A stretch of 64,000 nt of DNA from positions 5,452,792 through 5,516,791 of the forward strand of contig MU058384.1 of the NCBI GenBank assembly GCA_013265495.1. The letters are read 5' to 3'. This DNA is from Vicugna vicugna. Taxonomy: Eukaryota. Of the stretch, positions 1 through 12,103 are shown piece after piece. Each line of letters opens with the position of its first letter. Position 1 is the first letter of the stretch. The position numbers and the translations under genes are program-made. The notes beneath the pieces are model-generated. The model did not search any database. It was not told where the DNA came from and was given only the letters and a program-made list of their open reading frames with translations.

Positions 1-335
1 GGGTAATGACAAGTAAAATAAAAACAAATGCAAATTATGTAATTTTGATGATTCTAAATATGAATTAAGTGCTTTTATGTTTGTGTTTAAGACTGGCATG
101 CACAATAAAAAGATGAATGGTAAAATTCATGGTAAGAATTTAAAATTTTATTTTTTCTTTATTTATAATGGCATTAAATAGCAAATTTAATAGCAAGTCA
201 AGAAAAAGACTGTGGAAGAAAGGAAAAAATCTTTATAGCTAATACCTCTGATAGTACATTGTTTTCTGCATTTTGAATAAGAGGTTCTGCATTTGTATCT
301 TGTCCTGGGTCCTGCAAATTATTTAGCTGGCTCTG
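1..335 (+). mobile_element. hAT-Tip100 DNA transposon remnant, MER45 family, right end
   Basis: Ends in ...ttttgaataagaggttctgcatttgtatcttgtcctgggtcctgcaaattatttagctggctctg, resembling the MER45 terminus as recalled (GGGCCCCGCAAATTATGTAGCCGGTCCTG). Confidence 0.65.
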
Positions 336-1109
336 CTTGCTCTAGAGCTGTCTGCTTCTTAAATTTGCTAAGTCATTAAGAGATGGGTTTGGGAAGAATG
401 GAAGGGAAGATGAGGCACTGAGGAACTCCTCAAGCCCCTTCCCTTTTAAGGGCCTGTGGACTCTGGGCCTGGCATGCAGGCCTTATTCCAAAATTATTTT
501 AATAATAGAAGTCTCAATATTCTTCCTTGTCTCTGATTCTCTAAATACCCAGGAATTTAAGACATCTTTGCTTTTGTTACTTCCCATGAAGCAAGTTCAA
601 GAGCTTGTATTCAATATTCTACCTTCAAAACCATTTCCTTTTCATTCCATTTTTAATCCCATAATTTGAGGTCACTAAAAATATGTTACATATATCCTGC
701 AGAGATTGATCCTCTCTCTTTCCCTTTTTTCTTATGTTCTGCTTTCTTTCTCGTTTATTCTTAGGTGCATAGAATTGCAGTCAGGACCCAGGCCTTTGTA
801 AATGTCCTGTTGGTTTCTAAGAAAGAAAGAAAGAAAAAAAAGAGTCACATCACTAACGCTCTTTAAAGTTCTCCTTAGAGGCCATAGCCAACTGATCACA
901 ATGTCAATAATGTTTTACCCCTGCCTTTAATTCTAGTTGTCTCTTTCATCACCTTAAAATAAACCCTTTTATCTTAGCATAACCTAAGTCTTGTATTTTC
1001 AGTTTGTTGGATCCCTAATCTCACACCATCTAATTCATGGAGTTTTAGTATCAGCAAGTGCTAAAACCTAAATCCTCTTCTGATTTTATCTGCACCCCAA
1101 CAGAAGCTT

Positions 1110-1578
1110 TAAAACCTCAGAACAGTCTTCATGCCTGGCCCAGATGTATCCTGCCTCCTGTCTGACTTAATGTCAACATTTCAGAAATACCAAGTTATTT
1201 GTGGTTTTTCATATGTGCCTTATGTTTCAGGTCCCCTTGCTTTTCTCATATTAGTCCTTCCATTTAGAATCTCCTTCCCTATCTTCTTCACCTAGATAAT
1301 TACTTTTCAAGCTTTAAGTATAATCTTAGGCATTACTTTCTTTAGAAGACTTCTCTGTTTCTTCATAAAGTGAATTAGAGCCTTCATTAGAGCCCATGCC
1401 AACATGGGTATCACTCCACTCAGCACATATCATATCATAACAAAATCATCTATTTATATGATTGCTTTCAGACCACACTGTAATGTCACTGAGGGCAGAA
1501 ATGCATCTTTTTATTTGCTGCAAGTTATATAGTCCTGGGCGCACATCAGGTATTTGGCACATACTTTTTGCCTGAATT
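1110..1578 (+). mobile_element. L2 LINE 3' fragment
   Basis: Degenerate L2 3' motifs (cacactgtaatgtcactgagggcag...ggcacata...tgaat). Confidence 0.6.
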
Positions 1579-1592
1579 AAAATAAACTCACA

Positions 1593-2075
1593 AATCACTA
1601 TGTTGTGTATCAGGAACTAACATAGTGTTGTTAGTTACTATATTTCAAAAAGTGTATTTCAGCTATATTTCAAAAACAAACAAATTCATAGAAAAAGATC
1701 AGATTTGTGGTTACCATAGGCAGGGGGGAGGGGGAATTGGATGAAGGCAGTCAAAAGGTAAAAACTTCCGGTTATAAGGTAAATAAGTACTTGGGATGTA
1801 ATGCACAACATGATAAATATGATTAACACTGCTGTGTGTTGTATATGAAAATTGTTCACAGTAAATCCTAACAGTTCTCATCAAAAGGAAAAAAAATATT
1901 TTTCTATTTCTTTAATTTTGTGTCTACATGAGATGATGGATGTTCACTAAACGTATTATGGTTATCATTTCTTGATGTAGGTAAATGAAATAATTGTGCT
2001 ATATACCTTAAACCTATACAATGCAGTATGTCAATCATATCTCAAGAAAACTTGAAGAAAAAAAATAAACAAAAT
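1593..2075 (+). mobile_element. L1 3' UTR, artiodactyl-type (L1_Art-like)
   Basis: cagatttgtggttacc...ggggaattggatgaaggcagtcaaaaggta...tacaatgcagtatgtcaatcatatctcaa followed by an A-rich tail. Confidence 0.85.
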
Positions 2076-5000
2076 GAACCGAATTAGATGTGCTGTAACC
2101 TGACATGGGATATCTATTCTGGATATTATTTGTGTTGTCCTAACCCAGAGTACACCAATATATTTACAGAAATTATATGCACCATCATTATTCTCCTAGG
2201 ATTTTTAAAGCTATAGAGTCTAAAAATTAGAAAGAACCCCAGAATATACTACTCAACGCAAGAATCCCCTTTACAAAGTTTTGGCCACTAGTTATCCATT
2301 TTTTCAATCATTTAATTTAATTTTGTTCTTTTAACCAGGCTTGAGGGAAGGGAAAGATTGAGAAAGTGTTAGTTTCGTGTGTACTGTCTACCCAAAGCCA
2401 GCCAACTGTTTATATAAATTATCTTTTCCAGAAGCTTCTTGTAATCAGGAATGAGCTCTTCAGTTCAGATGCAGGGGAAAGGCCACCAGGAACTTTTACT
2501 ATATCTAGATTCGGGGTAATTCTTTCCTAAGACTATCCCAGAGAAGACTCCACAAAATTTCCAGGTATTTAAGAGTTCTGTTGTTAGTTCAGCTGAAGAG
2601 AAGCCATTTAAAGAGTAGTTTGGGGTCCTTGTCATAAAGTTTAGTTACAATTTTGATTTCTTGGGACTCTTTTGATTCTTTCCTTCTTGGAATATTTACT
2701 GCCTGGATTGTCATTTTCTTGTGTCCTGTGTCATGTATAATACTGACATCTGTTCTTTTTAGACTAGAACAAATACACTGGATTCCAAGAAATAACTTCC
2801 AGGTTTTTCAACATCAGAACCGCCTTGTATATCTGTTATGTATATATATCTTCACTTAAACACACAGACCTATGTAGGACTTTAGCCCGCTGGTGGTGAT
2901 GAAAAGTCAGCCTTGATGGTCAGATTGGAGACTGATCACCTGTCCACATGCCTAGGGGAACCAACCTGATGAACAGGGCCTGGGCCAGGAACTCCACACA
3001 TGAGTTTTCCTTTATGTATAGCTGCCAGCTCTTTATGAGAATCAAGGGTCTCTAACCTTGTTCTGTCTCTCTGTTGATTCCCACTACTGCTGAAATAGAC
3101 AATGCCTGCTTAACTTTGCCAACTTATTTTGAAAGTCAAAGGAAAACAAAAAGTGCAGAGTTAAAAGCGCTATGAAAGTAAAAATGTTTCATGTTCACTC
3201 TCCTATCCACATTGTTAATTGTTTAGCTTCCTTTGCATTGTAAGTTGGTAGTACAGATGGAGTGGAGCAGAGAAGGAAGGGCAGTGATAGCAGAGAGGAG
3301 GTGTCGAGAAAGAAGGAAAAAATGAACTTAATTGTGTTGATTTGTTTCTCCAGGTATTGATTTAGACCTCTTCTTAATCAGAGAGACTCTTTATTGAATC
3401 CAGAATGTTCTTCTCTGAAAAGAAGGTGAATTGTTAAACTATGAAACTAGGACAATTAGATGGAGAAACTTCTTACCTATGATTTGACACTGTGGATTAC
3501 TTCCTCTCCCCATTTTTGTCTGTAGAGAGCCAGGATTGCCCCACAGTGAATAATGGAGACCCACTGGCTTCTGGACAGGTTCTATTGGGCCCACAGCGCT
3601 CAGACCATACTTAAGTACCACCATTTGTGGCCTGTGGCATTGTGCCCACTGTAATAACTAAAGCAACAAATAATTCCTGCTTCTAAAGTCACCAAGCATG
3701 CGCGTGCTGTCCAAGAGTCTTCCGGATGGCTTTACGTTCCTCCCCTGACAGAGCGAGTGCTTCGTCAGTGAGCCAGGATACAGAGCCTTTGCGTTTTTTT
3801 TTTTTTCCATTTTATTTTTAATGTTCCTTCTCAGCTCCAGACTCACTGGAGACATCCTGACACAGAACACTTTGCCTTGCACAATATGATGCCCTTTACC
3901 TATAAAAGTGTGTCTCATAAAGGTGCTACCTTCCCCTCAGAACAAACAACGGAAATGCATCAGGCAAGCTCTGCTGTAGACAGAATGCACATCATGAAGC
4001 AGGAGCCACCACGGGATTCCTTAGATGAAAGCCGATTTCAATGAACATTGTGTTTCAAAGCCCGCTTCCTCTTGCCCCGCAAGAGCTGCAGAAGGAACAT
4101 CCCACTTGCGTCTGCTGACACAAAAGAATGCTGCGGCTGGGAGATCTTATCGAGCCTTCCTGTGCCACAGTAACAGAGCTCCACTGTGTCTCGTAAGAAT
4201 TGCTCATTGTTTCTCGGGGACAACTGGCTCCTTTGGGTGGGATCTTGATGGCATCTCATGGAGTGGAGGTAGGCGGTGCTGGGAGGTCAGCCAGCCACGT
4301 GACCCAGCTTGCTGGCTTCGGGGAAATCAGAGAGAGGAGCAAACTTCACCTAGACCTGTTGAGAGGCTAAATATTTAAGGTTACACTATTAAAAGAGGCA
4401 TAGACTATTTGCTTACTATCATCTTCAACTGTGTAAGTTAAGAACAAAAATAAAAGTTATGGTCAAATTCTCCCTGTTGGTATAAACTGTCTCTTTTCTT
4501 TTAATCAATTCACCTAAAGCTGTTTGATTCTGAAAAGACTGAGAAGAATAAAGGAGAATTTTTTGAAAATGGAAATTTATTGATTTTAAAGCCATCCCTG
4601 GAGAATCTAGATGCTAATAAGTCAACATGTTAGCTCAAAAATATATACTTGTATTCTGAGGATGAACCTTAGGTATAAAATCATCACATTTATATTTAAA
4701 AGTGTGAGTTAATAATATTGGATTAATTAAATTTGGCCAATTCTAGGTGATGTATCATTTGATTAGAAAGTTTGTAGTTTCCCAGTTTGGGCCTTTTTTT
4801 AATAGGGAAAATCGATGGTTAAGTGTTTAGCCACATGGGGAAAAGAGATAGAATTTTCTTCTCTTTTCTCTTCCTCTTTATAGAGGCTTGCTGAGTAATC
4901 AGTGCATATAAGAAATCTATGAGTGTAAGTATGACATGCTGAGGAAAAAGGGTGACCAGGAGTTTCCTAAAGGGATAAAGTTTGAGATTAACATTTTTAT

Positions 5001-5209
5001 TCCCTCCTTCCTATGTCTCCTTGTGGTATTTTCTGAAATTCCCTTTGCCCTCAATGTACTTATATTCAATTATTTCACCAACAAATAATTTTTCTCCTCT
5101 TACTCTTTATGAGAATCTGAAAATCAAAATATTACCAAAACACCGTCTCTGTTCTGAATATACTTATTATTGAAATGATCAAATCTTGTAATTTGTTCAT
5201 TTTCTCTCA

Positions 5210-5355
5210 GTGAACTGTGAGCATATTGAGGAAAGGCGCTGGATCATATTCCTCTTCCTGTCTCCACTGCTGAGCACAAGCCTCCTACACAGTGTTTACT
5301 AAATCCTTATTGGACGGATGCAAAGATGGATGCGTGAATGGATGGGTGGATGGCT
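5210..5355 (+). mobile_element. L2 3' end
   Basis: actgtgagcatattgaggaaagg...ctgagcaca... ending in a (tgga/tgaa)n-like tail. Confidence 0.6.
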
Positions 5356-5489
5356 GGCTACACTGTAGTACCTACACTTGCAAATGAGATTGGATCCAGG
5401 TTGCTTACATCATTCTTGGCATGACCACACCTGTTCATCCTCCAGGCCTTTATTATCCCACTCTCAGACACACAGAACGTCCAAATCAC

Positions 5490-5630
5490 ATAGTCCAACT
5501 CTTTCAGTTTACAGTCGAGGAAATGAGACTCAGAGAGAGAATCCAATTTATTTATAAGCCCCACAGCTAATAAGTGCCAGAACTGGGTTAAAATCCAGAT
5601 CTCTTGCTTTTCAGTCAAATACCCTCTACA
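5490..5630 (-). mobile_element. MIR SINE
   Basis: Reverse MIR core: tttacagtcgaggaaatgagactcagagag...cacagctaataagtgccagaactggg. Confidence 0.75.
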
Positions 5631-6194
5631 TGAAGTTGCTTTCCATGACTCATATTTGGAGGCTTTAAGGGACCCTGTGGAGCAATCTGTCACTCCTGGC
5701 TTATGTGAGCAATGTGAGAGAAAACTGGGTTAGAGCAAAACTAGGTGCAAGGGGCCCCCCTGGGGCTGCTGAATTCGTATGTTGGTGATGCTGAAACAAG
5801 GTGAGAACAGGAACGATTCATCTTTATTCAGGCCAATATTCTTCCACATTTCTCTCAGAAGACACTACACTCAAAATTCCCTCAAAATTCCCTAGCCTCC
5901 TAGATAACCTTTGGGGATAGTGCACTCCAGCCCTACTTCACCAGGCAAGAATCCTGTTTTATGCAAAATTCAGCCTACGCTTCTGGACTTAGAGATGTGG
6001 CTGATGTAATGATGCTACCCCCAGATCCTCCTGCTGGCAGGAAGTGCTCCCACCATATCACCTCTGACTGCCTGGATCCCTGTTGCTCTGAATTAGGCCC
6101 AGTTGCACTGCATCTAAATGTTCGTGATTGACTTATACTTCAACAAAATGTTGTTCATTAAGAATTTAACCTTTGAGATTCAACGATTGTAGAA

Positions 6195-6543
6195 TGAACA
6201 CATAACAACAGAGCTGAATCTCAAAATAATTATGCTGAGTGAAATAAGACAAAAAAGCACACACTGTATGATTCCATTTATATAAAACTCTAGAAAATGC
6301 AAACTAATTTTGGATAAGAGAAAGAACATCAGTGGTTGCCTGAGGAGATGGGGAAGGAGACGTTGGGGTTGGGAAGTGAGAAAGAGGAATAAGTAAATGT
6401 TTGAGGGTGATGAGTGTTTTCATTTTCTTGATTACAATGATGGTTTCATGGCTATACACACATGTCAAAACTTCTCAAATTGTGCAATTTAAATATGTGC
6501 ATTCTACTGTATGTTAATTATACCTTAATTGAGTTTTTTTTAA
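6195..6543 (+). mobile_element. Old L1M (L1MC/MD-like) 3' end
   Basis: gaatctcaaaataattatgctgagtgaaa...tgtatgattccatttatataaaactctagaaaatgcaaacta...tcagtggttgcc...aattatacctt. Confidence 0.85.
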
Positions 6544-6574
6544 AGAATGTAACCTTTTTAAATTCAGTCAAAAT

Positions 6575-7170
6575 ACAGTATTAGGGTTCAATTACAGAAG
6601 CAAAGAAATTAGGATATATATACATATATATATACACACATAATATAGTTATAAAGATTTTACCTTCTGTAATTGTGGAGTGTGGTTAAGTCATGTCTGT
6701 AAGGTTACTGTCTTCACGTCTGATGCTGGAGATTAAAGTCCAAGAAAAGGCTGTCAGGAAAGGGAGGTGAATGTAAAATGTGGAAAAGAGCCTATTTTAG
6801 AACAAGCTGGAACCCATAGGCACAAGCTGAAACTCACAAGGACAGATGGAAACTCGCATCAGTTTGTAATGCCTCTGACCTTGACTGCAGGATGTCCCTT
6901 CATCATACAGCTGAACACACAAACCTGGCCCAGGAGTTGGAGGAGCTGGAGAAGGATGGGGGAGGCAGGGCAGTTACTGGCCCAGCTGCTGCCTCAGGCG
7001 GGAGGTGAGACTAGACAGGAGAGAAGAGACAAGATGTATGAGCAACGGAATGGCTGCTGCTCTCCTCCCCCATTCAAACTTTGCACAAGAATATCTCTGG
7101 CCCACTCTAACCAAAAACACACAGGAGAGAAATGCTGGAAAATATAGTGCATCCTCCTCAATCCATCACA
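6575..7170 (-). mobile_element. ERVL 3' LTR (LTR41/LTR52-like; family uncertain)
   Basis: Starts gtattagggttc with an internal (TA)n, ends ...ccatcaca. Abuts ERVL internal sequence, and its right part aligns by eye with 10377-10645. Confidence 0.7.
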
Positions 7171-10100
7171 GAGTTACTCCTTGACAACTTGGCATGCAAA
7201 CACATTTCTTTAAATCATACTTAATCTCCAGATAAAGGTAATAACAGTCATATCTCCACCTGACATGGTGCCTCTGTCCCAAGTGCAACCCTTGTTAACC
7301 TTTGCCCAGAAGAGGGTCCAAAGTTCTTCTCTGACTTTGGATGATGCTCAGTTTTAGTGTGCGTCTTGTTTGTTTGCACTTCCCCTCTGTCGTCCTATAT
7401 TTTCTATACTGAGCTATTAAGTCAACTATTAGTAACACATCTTATGTTAGAGAAGGGCATGAGAAAAAGGACAAATGCAAAAATAATTGGTTAAATATAT
7501 AAATAAATGTAAATTTATATGCATATATGTATATAAACTATATAACTCTACATACCTATATAAGTTCATATCATAATAAGGAAGAAATACTCATAACTCT
7601 TACAGTACTATCTGCAACTGGTCGTGTGGTCATAGCTGGTATTTATAACTACTCCTTTCCACTTCCCATTCCATATTCCCTTTGTCTTCAGCAAACATTT
7701 CAACTAGCTGGGAATCCTTGCCAGGTGAAGGGAACAAAATCTTCATTTCTGAAGGGTCTGGGCCATTAGCAGTCCTGTTAATTGAGTTGATGTAACTTAA
7801 TCATAGGGTATGGGAATACTGAGAGGCAATCCTCCCTTCTTTGCCTGTTGATTTCATGGCATGAGTCCAGGAGCACTCCAGTGCAACAGAATCATCACTC
7901 CTCCATTTAAAGCTAAGACTTCTAGACAGGCAGAGACTGTCACAGGGACAGGAAGCAAAAGTTTAGTGGATCACCAGGGGTAACAGTGAGAGGAACCTTT
8001 CCCATAACCACCCTTTATTCCCAGGCCCATGATTCCTGGCTGTGGGAGAAACAAAAATAAACACTGGATGATGATTTAGAGCATACTTTGCATCCTGTAC
8101 GAGTTACCATAACTGAGTCTTCAAAAGGCCGTTCCATCATTCTATCAAGCCAGCTGCTTCAGGGTGATGGGGAGCATGGTAAGACCAGGGAACTATATGA
8201 GAAACTGCTGCACCTCATTTGCTGTAAAGTAATTTTCTTGGTCAGAAGTGACGCTGTGTGAAATACCATAATAGTGAGTAAGTTATTCTGTACATGGTTT
8301 TGGTGGTGCTTTGGGCAGAAACATTGTGAGCAGAGAAGGCAAACCTATATCCAGAGTAAGTGTCTATTCTAATAAGAACAAATCACTGCCCTTTCTATGA
8401 GAGAAGCAATCTGATCTAATGTATTCAACCTGCCAACAGGTGGCTAGTTAGTAGCTGGGAATGGTGCCATGTCAGGGGCTCACTGTAGACCTCTGCTGTT
8501 AGCAGGCTGGGCCCTCTGCAGCTGCCACAGCCAGGTGGGCCCTGGTAAGTAGACATTTATGTTGCTGAGCCCCTACATAACTTTCATCTCTGCCACCATA
8601 GCCACTTTATTCATGAGCCGATTGGGCGATGATGGGAGTTGCTGGAGAAGGATCGCTGTCCATGGAATGACTCATCCCCTCCACCTGCTGATGCAAATAC
8701 CCCTCTGTTGAGTTTACCCTTCAGTGAGCATTCACAGAGAACACATATATCTTCACGCACCATGCCCATTTGGAGGGGTCTGTCGACCTACCTTTCCTCC
8801 AGATCTCTCTGTCACTGATTTTTCAATCATGTTCCTTCCAAATCTCTTGACCTTCCAGCCAAGTATTAGCCATGGCCCATAAACTTGTGCAGACATGTAC
8901 ATCTGCACATCTCTCCTTCCAAGCAAAATGGACAGTCAGGTGCAGTGCTCAAAACTCTGTGCACGGGGAGGATTTCCCTTTCCCACTGTCCTTTAGGGCC
9001 ATCCCAGGGTGAGGCTGTTGTGCTTCAGCTGTCCATTTTGTTCTTAGCTGTCCACTTCCTGGTGGTGCATGCTGAATAGACCTGAGTCTTTTCTCCCCCA
9101 TCATCTGGTCACAAGGAGCTTCCCAAGTGGCCAGGTGCAGGTAAAGAGAGAGAAGACAATACATCAGGAACAGGGGCTATGAGTATATGGATCAGTTGCT
9201 CATGCAAACATGCCTATGCCTTCAGGTTCTGCTCAAGTCCAATTTTGTACATACCACTCCCATTTGAGAATGAAGTACTTCTGTGCATGCTCAGAATTAT
9301 GGCTCAGTGGGTCAGGCAATACCTAACAATAGGCAGCTCAGGTCACATGGTAACTTAGAGACTGATGACCAAGAATTCAATTTCTACTAAGACCCACTAG
9401 CAAAACAAAAGCTATTTCTTAAAAGGATATTTAAGCACAGAGGATGGCAGGGCTTTATTCCAAAACCCTAAGGAGTCACAGTCTGATCCATAGGAATCTA
9501 AAAAAGGCTCTAAAGAGCATCCCTATCTATAACCAACATTTTAAGCACCATTGGATCTTCTGGACTAGATGGTCCAAGAGGCACAGTTGCTTGAGCAGCA
9601 GTCTGGACTTCTTATAGAGCTTTCTCTTGTTCTGGGCTCGACTCATAATTGAGAGCTTCTTGGGTCACTGAATAAATGGGTCAGAAAGGGTACCTAGACG
9701 TGAGACAGGAAGGAAGGGAGCAGGGCACTACCATTGAAAGAATGACATAGCCATCGAGGACATGACAAAAACTGGTTAGAACCTACTAAACCCAAGATAG
9801 TGGAAGACTGTACTTCCAATAGATCTTGAGCCTCATTATATACCCATTGTAATATATTAGCATGCTAAATGAAGCACACCCAGCCTCCATGACAGTTCCA
9901 AGGCTGACCATAAAAGGCCAAAAAGTGGGCAGTGGCCCAATTCTGGGAAATCCCTGCCCCTTCCCCAAAGTAGTTGGAATAATCCTCCAACTTGTTAGCC
10001 TATAAAATGTCCCGGCCTATAAAAGCTAACGACCCCATGCCCTGGGGCCTCTCACCTTCTGATACAGCCTGCACTCTGACTGTGGAGTGTGTATCTGCCT

Positions 10101-10376
10101 GAGTAGACTTGCTTTCACTTTACTATGGCTCACTCTTGAATTCTTTCCTGCGTGAAGCCAAGGACCCTCACTTGGTGGGACTCACCTGAGACCTGGAACA
10201 TGACCATCCTCTCATGCCCTATTTTCTTGCAACACACATGCCACAGAGTGGACTCCAAGACATTTCACCAAGGTTGCAGTTCTTTGATTTTTTATGGGAT
10301 TTATTCCCCATCCTCTGGCAGGCAAATATCTTATCACTGTGTGGAGAGAAGTTGCTACTTTCTGCTCACCTAGTGC
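7171..10376 (-). mobile_element. ERVL internal region (decayed pol: RT/RNaseH/integrase), interrupted by an LTR at 9701-10234
   Basis: Minus-strand translation near 8460-8637 gives PIIAQSAHE*SGYGGRDESYVGAQQH...AAAEGPAC*QQRSTVSP*HGTIP, a degenerate ERVL integrase Zn-finger region with stops. Confidence 0.85.
9701..10234 (+). mobile_element. MER41-like ERV1 solo LTR (copy 1)
   Basis: TG...CA termini (tgagacagga...gcaaca). MER41-type blocks attagcatgctaa, ccatgacagtt and ctcttgaattctttcctgcgtgaagccaagga. Clearly homologous to 11485-12103. Flanks gacg/caca are not a clean TSD. Confidence 0.85.
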
Positions 10377-10645
10377 AGGAATCAGAGAAGCTGGAAGAGG
10401 ACCCAGGGGGTGATGAGGCAGTTATCAGGCTGGCCACTGCCTCCCACCAACGAGGGTAGCGCGCAGATAAGCCACAGTGTGGGTAAGCGAGAACATGGTG
10501 GCTGCTGCTTCCCTCCCACCCTCCACACCCCCCACAAGCATCTTTTTTACAACCCAACCTCACCAGAAACATACAGGAACAGAGATTCTGGGAAATGTAG
10601 CTCATCCTCACCAAGGTGACACATTACAAAGCTACAATCTGTGCA
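10377..10645 (-). mobile_element. Partial ERVL 5' LTR
   Basis: Diverged match to 6930-7170 (caggaatcagagaagctggaagagga vs caggagttggaggagctggagaagga; tggctgctgct; accagaaacatacagga vs accaaaaacacacagga). Confidence 0.7.
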
Positions 10646-10706
10646 CAAAATATGATTTATAGTAGATTTTTGCACAGTAGAGAATCCAATATAAAAAAAA
10701 AAGTAG

Positions 10707-10805
10707 GGGGGAGGGATATAGCTCGGTGGTGGAGCCCATGCTTAGCATGCAGGAGGTCCTGGGTTCAATCCTCAGTACCTCCATTAAAAAAAATAAATAA
10801 ACATT
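10707..10805 (+). mobile_element. tRNA-Ala-derived SINE (camelid vic-1 type), short form
   Basis: tatagctcggtggtggagcccatgcttagcatgcaggaggtcctgggttcaatcctcagtacctcca + A-rich tail. Flanks aaaaaaagtag / aaaaatagtag are TSD-like. Confidence 0.9.
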
Positions 10806-11484
10806 TAAAAAAATAGTAGATGCTTATCTTGGCCTGTTCTTTTCTGAGGAATTCATCTGACAAAATGATTTCTCTTACCTGCAAGGCCTAGATTCCACAG
10901 AATATCTGTGTGGGTTCTGACCCTGGGGAGATTATCAAAAGAGAGCTGTTTCCAGAAACATATACTATTTTTTAATAAATAAATGCTTAACAATGTGAAA
11001 ATATATTCATAGTTTGAGTGTGTTTATCAGGCACTTTTCCAGAGAGACTAAAACTTATTTAAGTTTGAGAGATTTTTTTAATGTTTAGTGTTCAAAGAAT
11101 TAGAATTCACTTTTAAGTTAAGAAGTGTGCTGCAGGCCAACAGCAGAGTGACATGCTTTTGCATTATAATGAAAAGAAACCCTCAGACTTTGCTCTCCAG
11201 GCTGCCTGGCATGCTGCTCATCCTCATGCTGGTGAAAGACCATGGTGGTTTCAGAACTGAATGTCCCAGAAGAGGAGGGCAGGCCAAGCTGTGCATCTTG
11301 GCAGGTGGAATCTTTCCCTTTTGTTTCTGAAGTCTATTGTCTAAGAAAGAGCTGACATCAACATTTGTCTCTTAGTATATGAATCTATGAGCTTCTCTTA
11401 GGAAATGGTAAGATGATTGCTGTGTACAAGGAAGGTGTGTGTATGTATGAGTGTGCCAGCACAAGTCTTTGCAGTGACTTAAAG

Positions 11485-12103
11485 TGAGTCAGGAGGGCAG
11501 GGGGCAGGGCACAACCATTAAAAGAATGACACAGCAACTGAGGACAGGTTAACTGGTTAGAACCAACTAGGCCCAAGATGGCAGAAGATCTGACTTGCAG
11601 TAGACCTTGAGACTTAGATGCTCATTGTAATACATTAGCATGCTAAATGGCAGTCCCACAGGCACCACAACAGTTCCAAGGCTGACCATAGAAGACCCAA
11701 AAGTGGGAACTCTGCCTCTTTCCCAAAATAGTTAGAATAATCCTCCCACTTGTTAGCATATGAAATTACCTAACCCATAAAAACTAACCATCACCCCCCT
11801 CAGAGGCCCCTCACCTTTTGAGAGGGGCTGCCTTCTGCCTATGGAATGTGTATCTCCTAAGCCACTCTCACTATCCAAGATGACCCCATTCCCTGGGGCC
11901 ACCTCTCTGGCATTCTGAGATAGCCCACACTCTGTCCATGGAATATCTCTAAATAAACTTGCTTTCACTTTATTATGGCTCACTCTTGAATTCTTTCCTG
12001 CGTGAAGCCAAGGACCCTCACTGGTCCTTGGTGGGGCACGTCCCAGGGACTTGTTTGAAGCCTGGTACACCACCATCCTCTCATGCCCCATTTTCCTGTA
12101 ACA
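11485..12103 (+). mobile_element. MER41-like ERV1 solo LTR (copy 2)
   Basis: tgagtcagga...cctgtaaca, flanked by aaag/gaag (4-bp TSD, 1 mismatch). AATAAA near 11952. Homologous to 9701-10234. Confidence 0.85.

Noticed and set aside
2892..2940. C/D-box snoRNA-like motif (GTGATGA...CTGA with ggtg/cacc stem)
   Set aside because: Only ~49 nt, no proper D' box, no recognisable rRNA/snRNA guide and no host gene. Likely chance.
6767..7147. 126-aa ORF
   Set aside because: GTG start, lies antisense within an ERVL LTR, no recognisable domain.
10707..10790. Functional tRNA-Ala genes (here and at the five similar loci)
   Set aside because: A-rich tails, TSDs, altered 5' ends and stem-breaking substitutions mark them as SINEs.
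9701..12103. Single ERV1 provirus bounded by two LTRs
   Set aside because: No PBS after LTR1, the spacer is ERVL/SINE/unique DNA, LTR2 has its own TSD, and the LTRs differ structurally.
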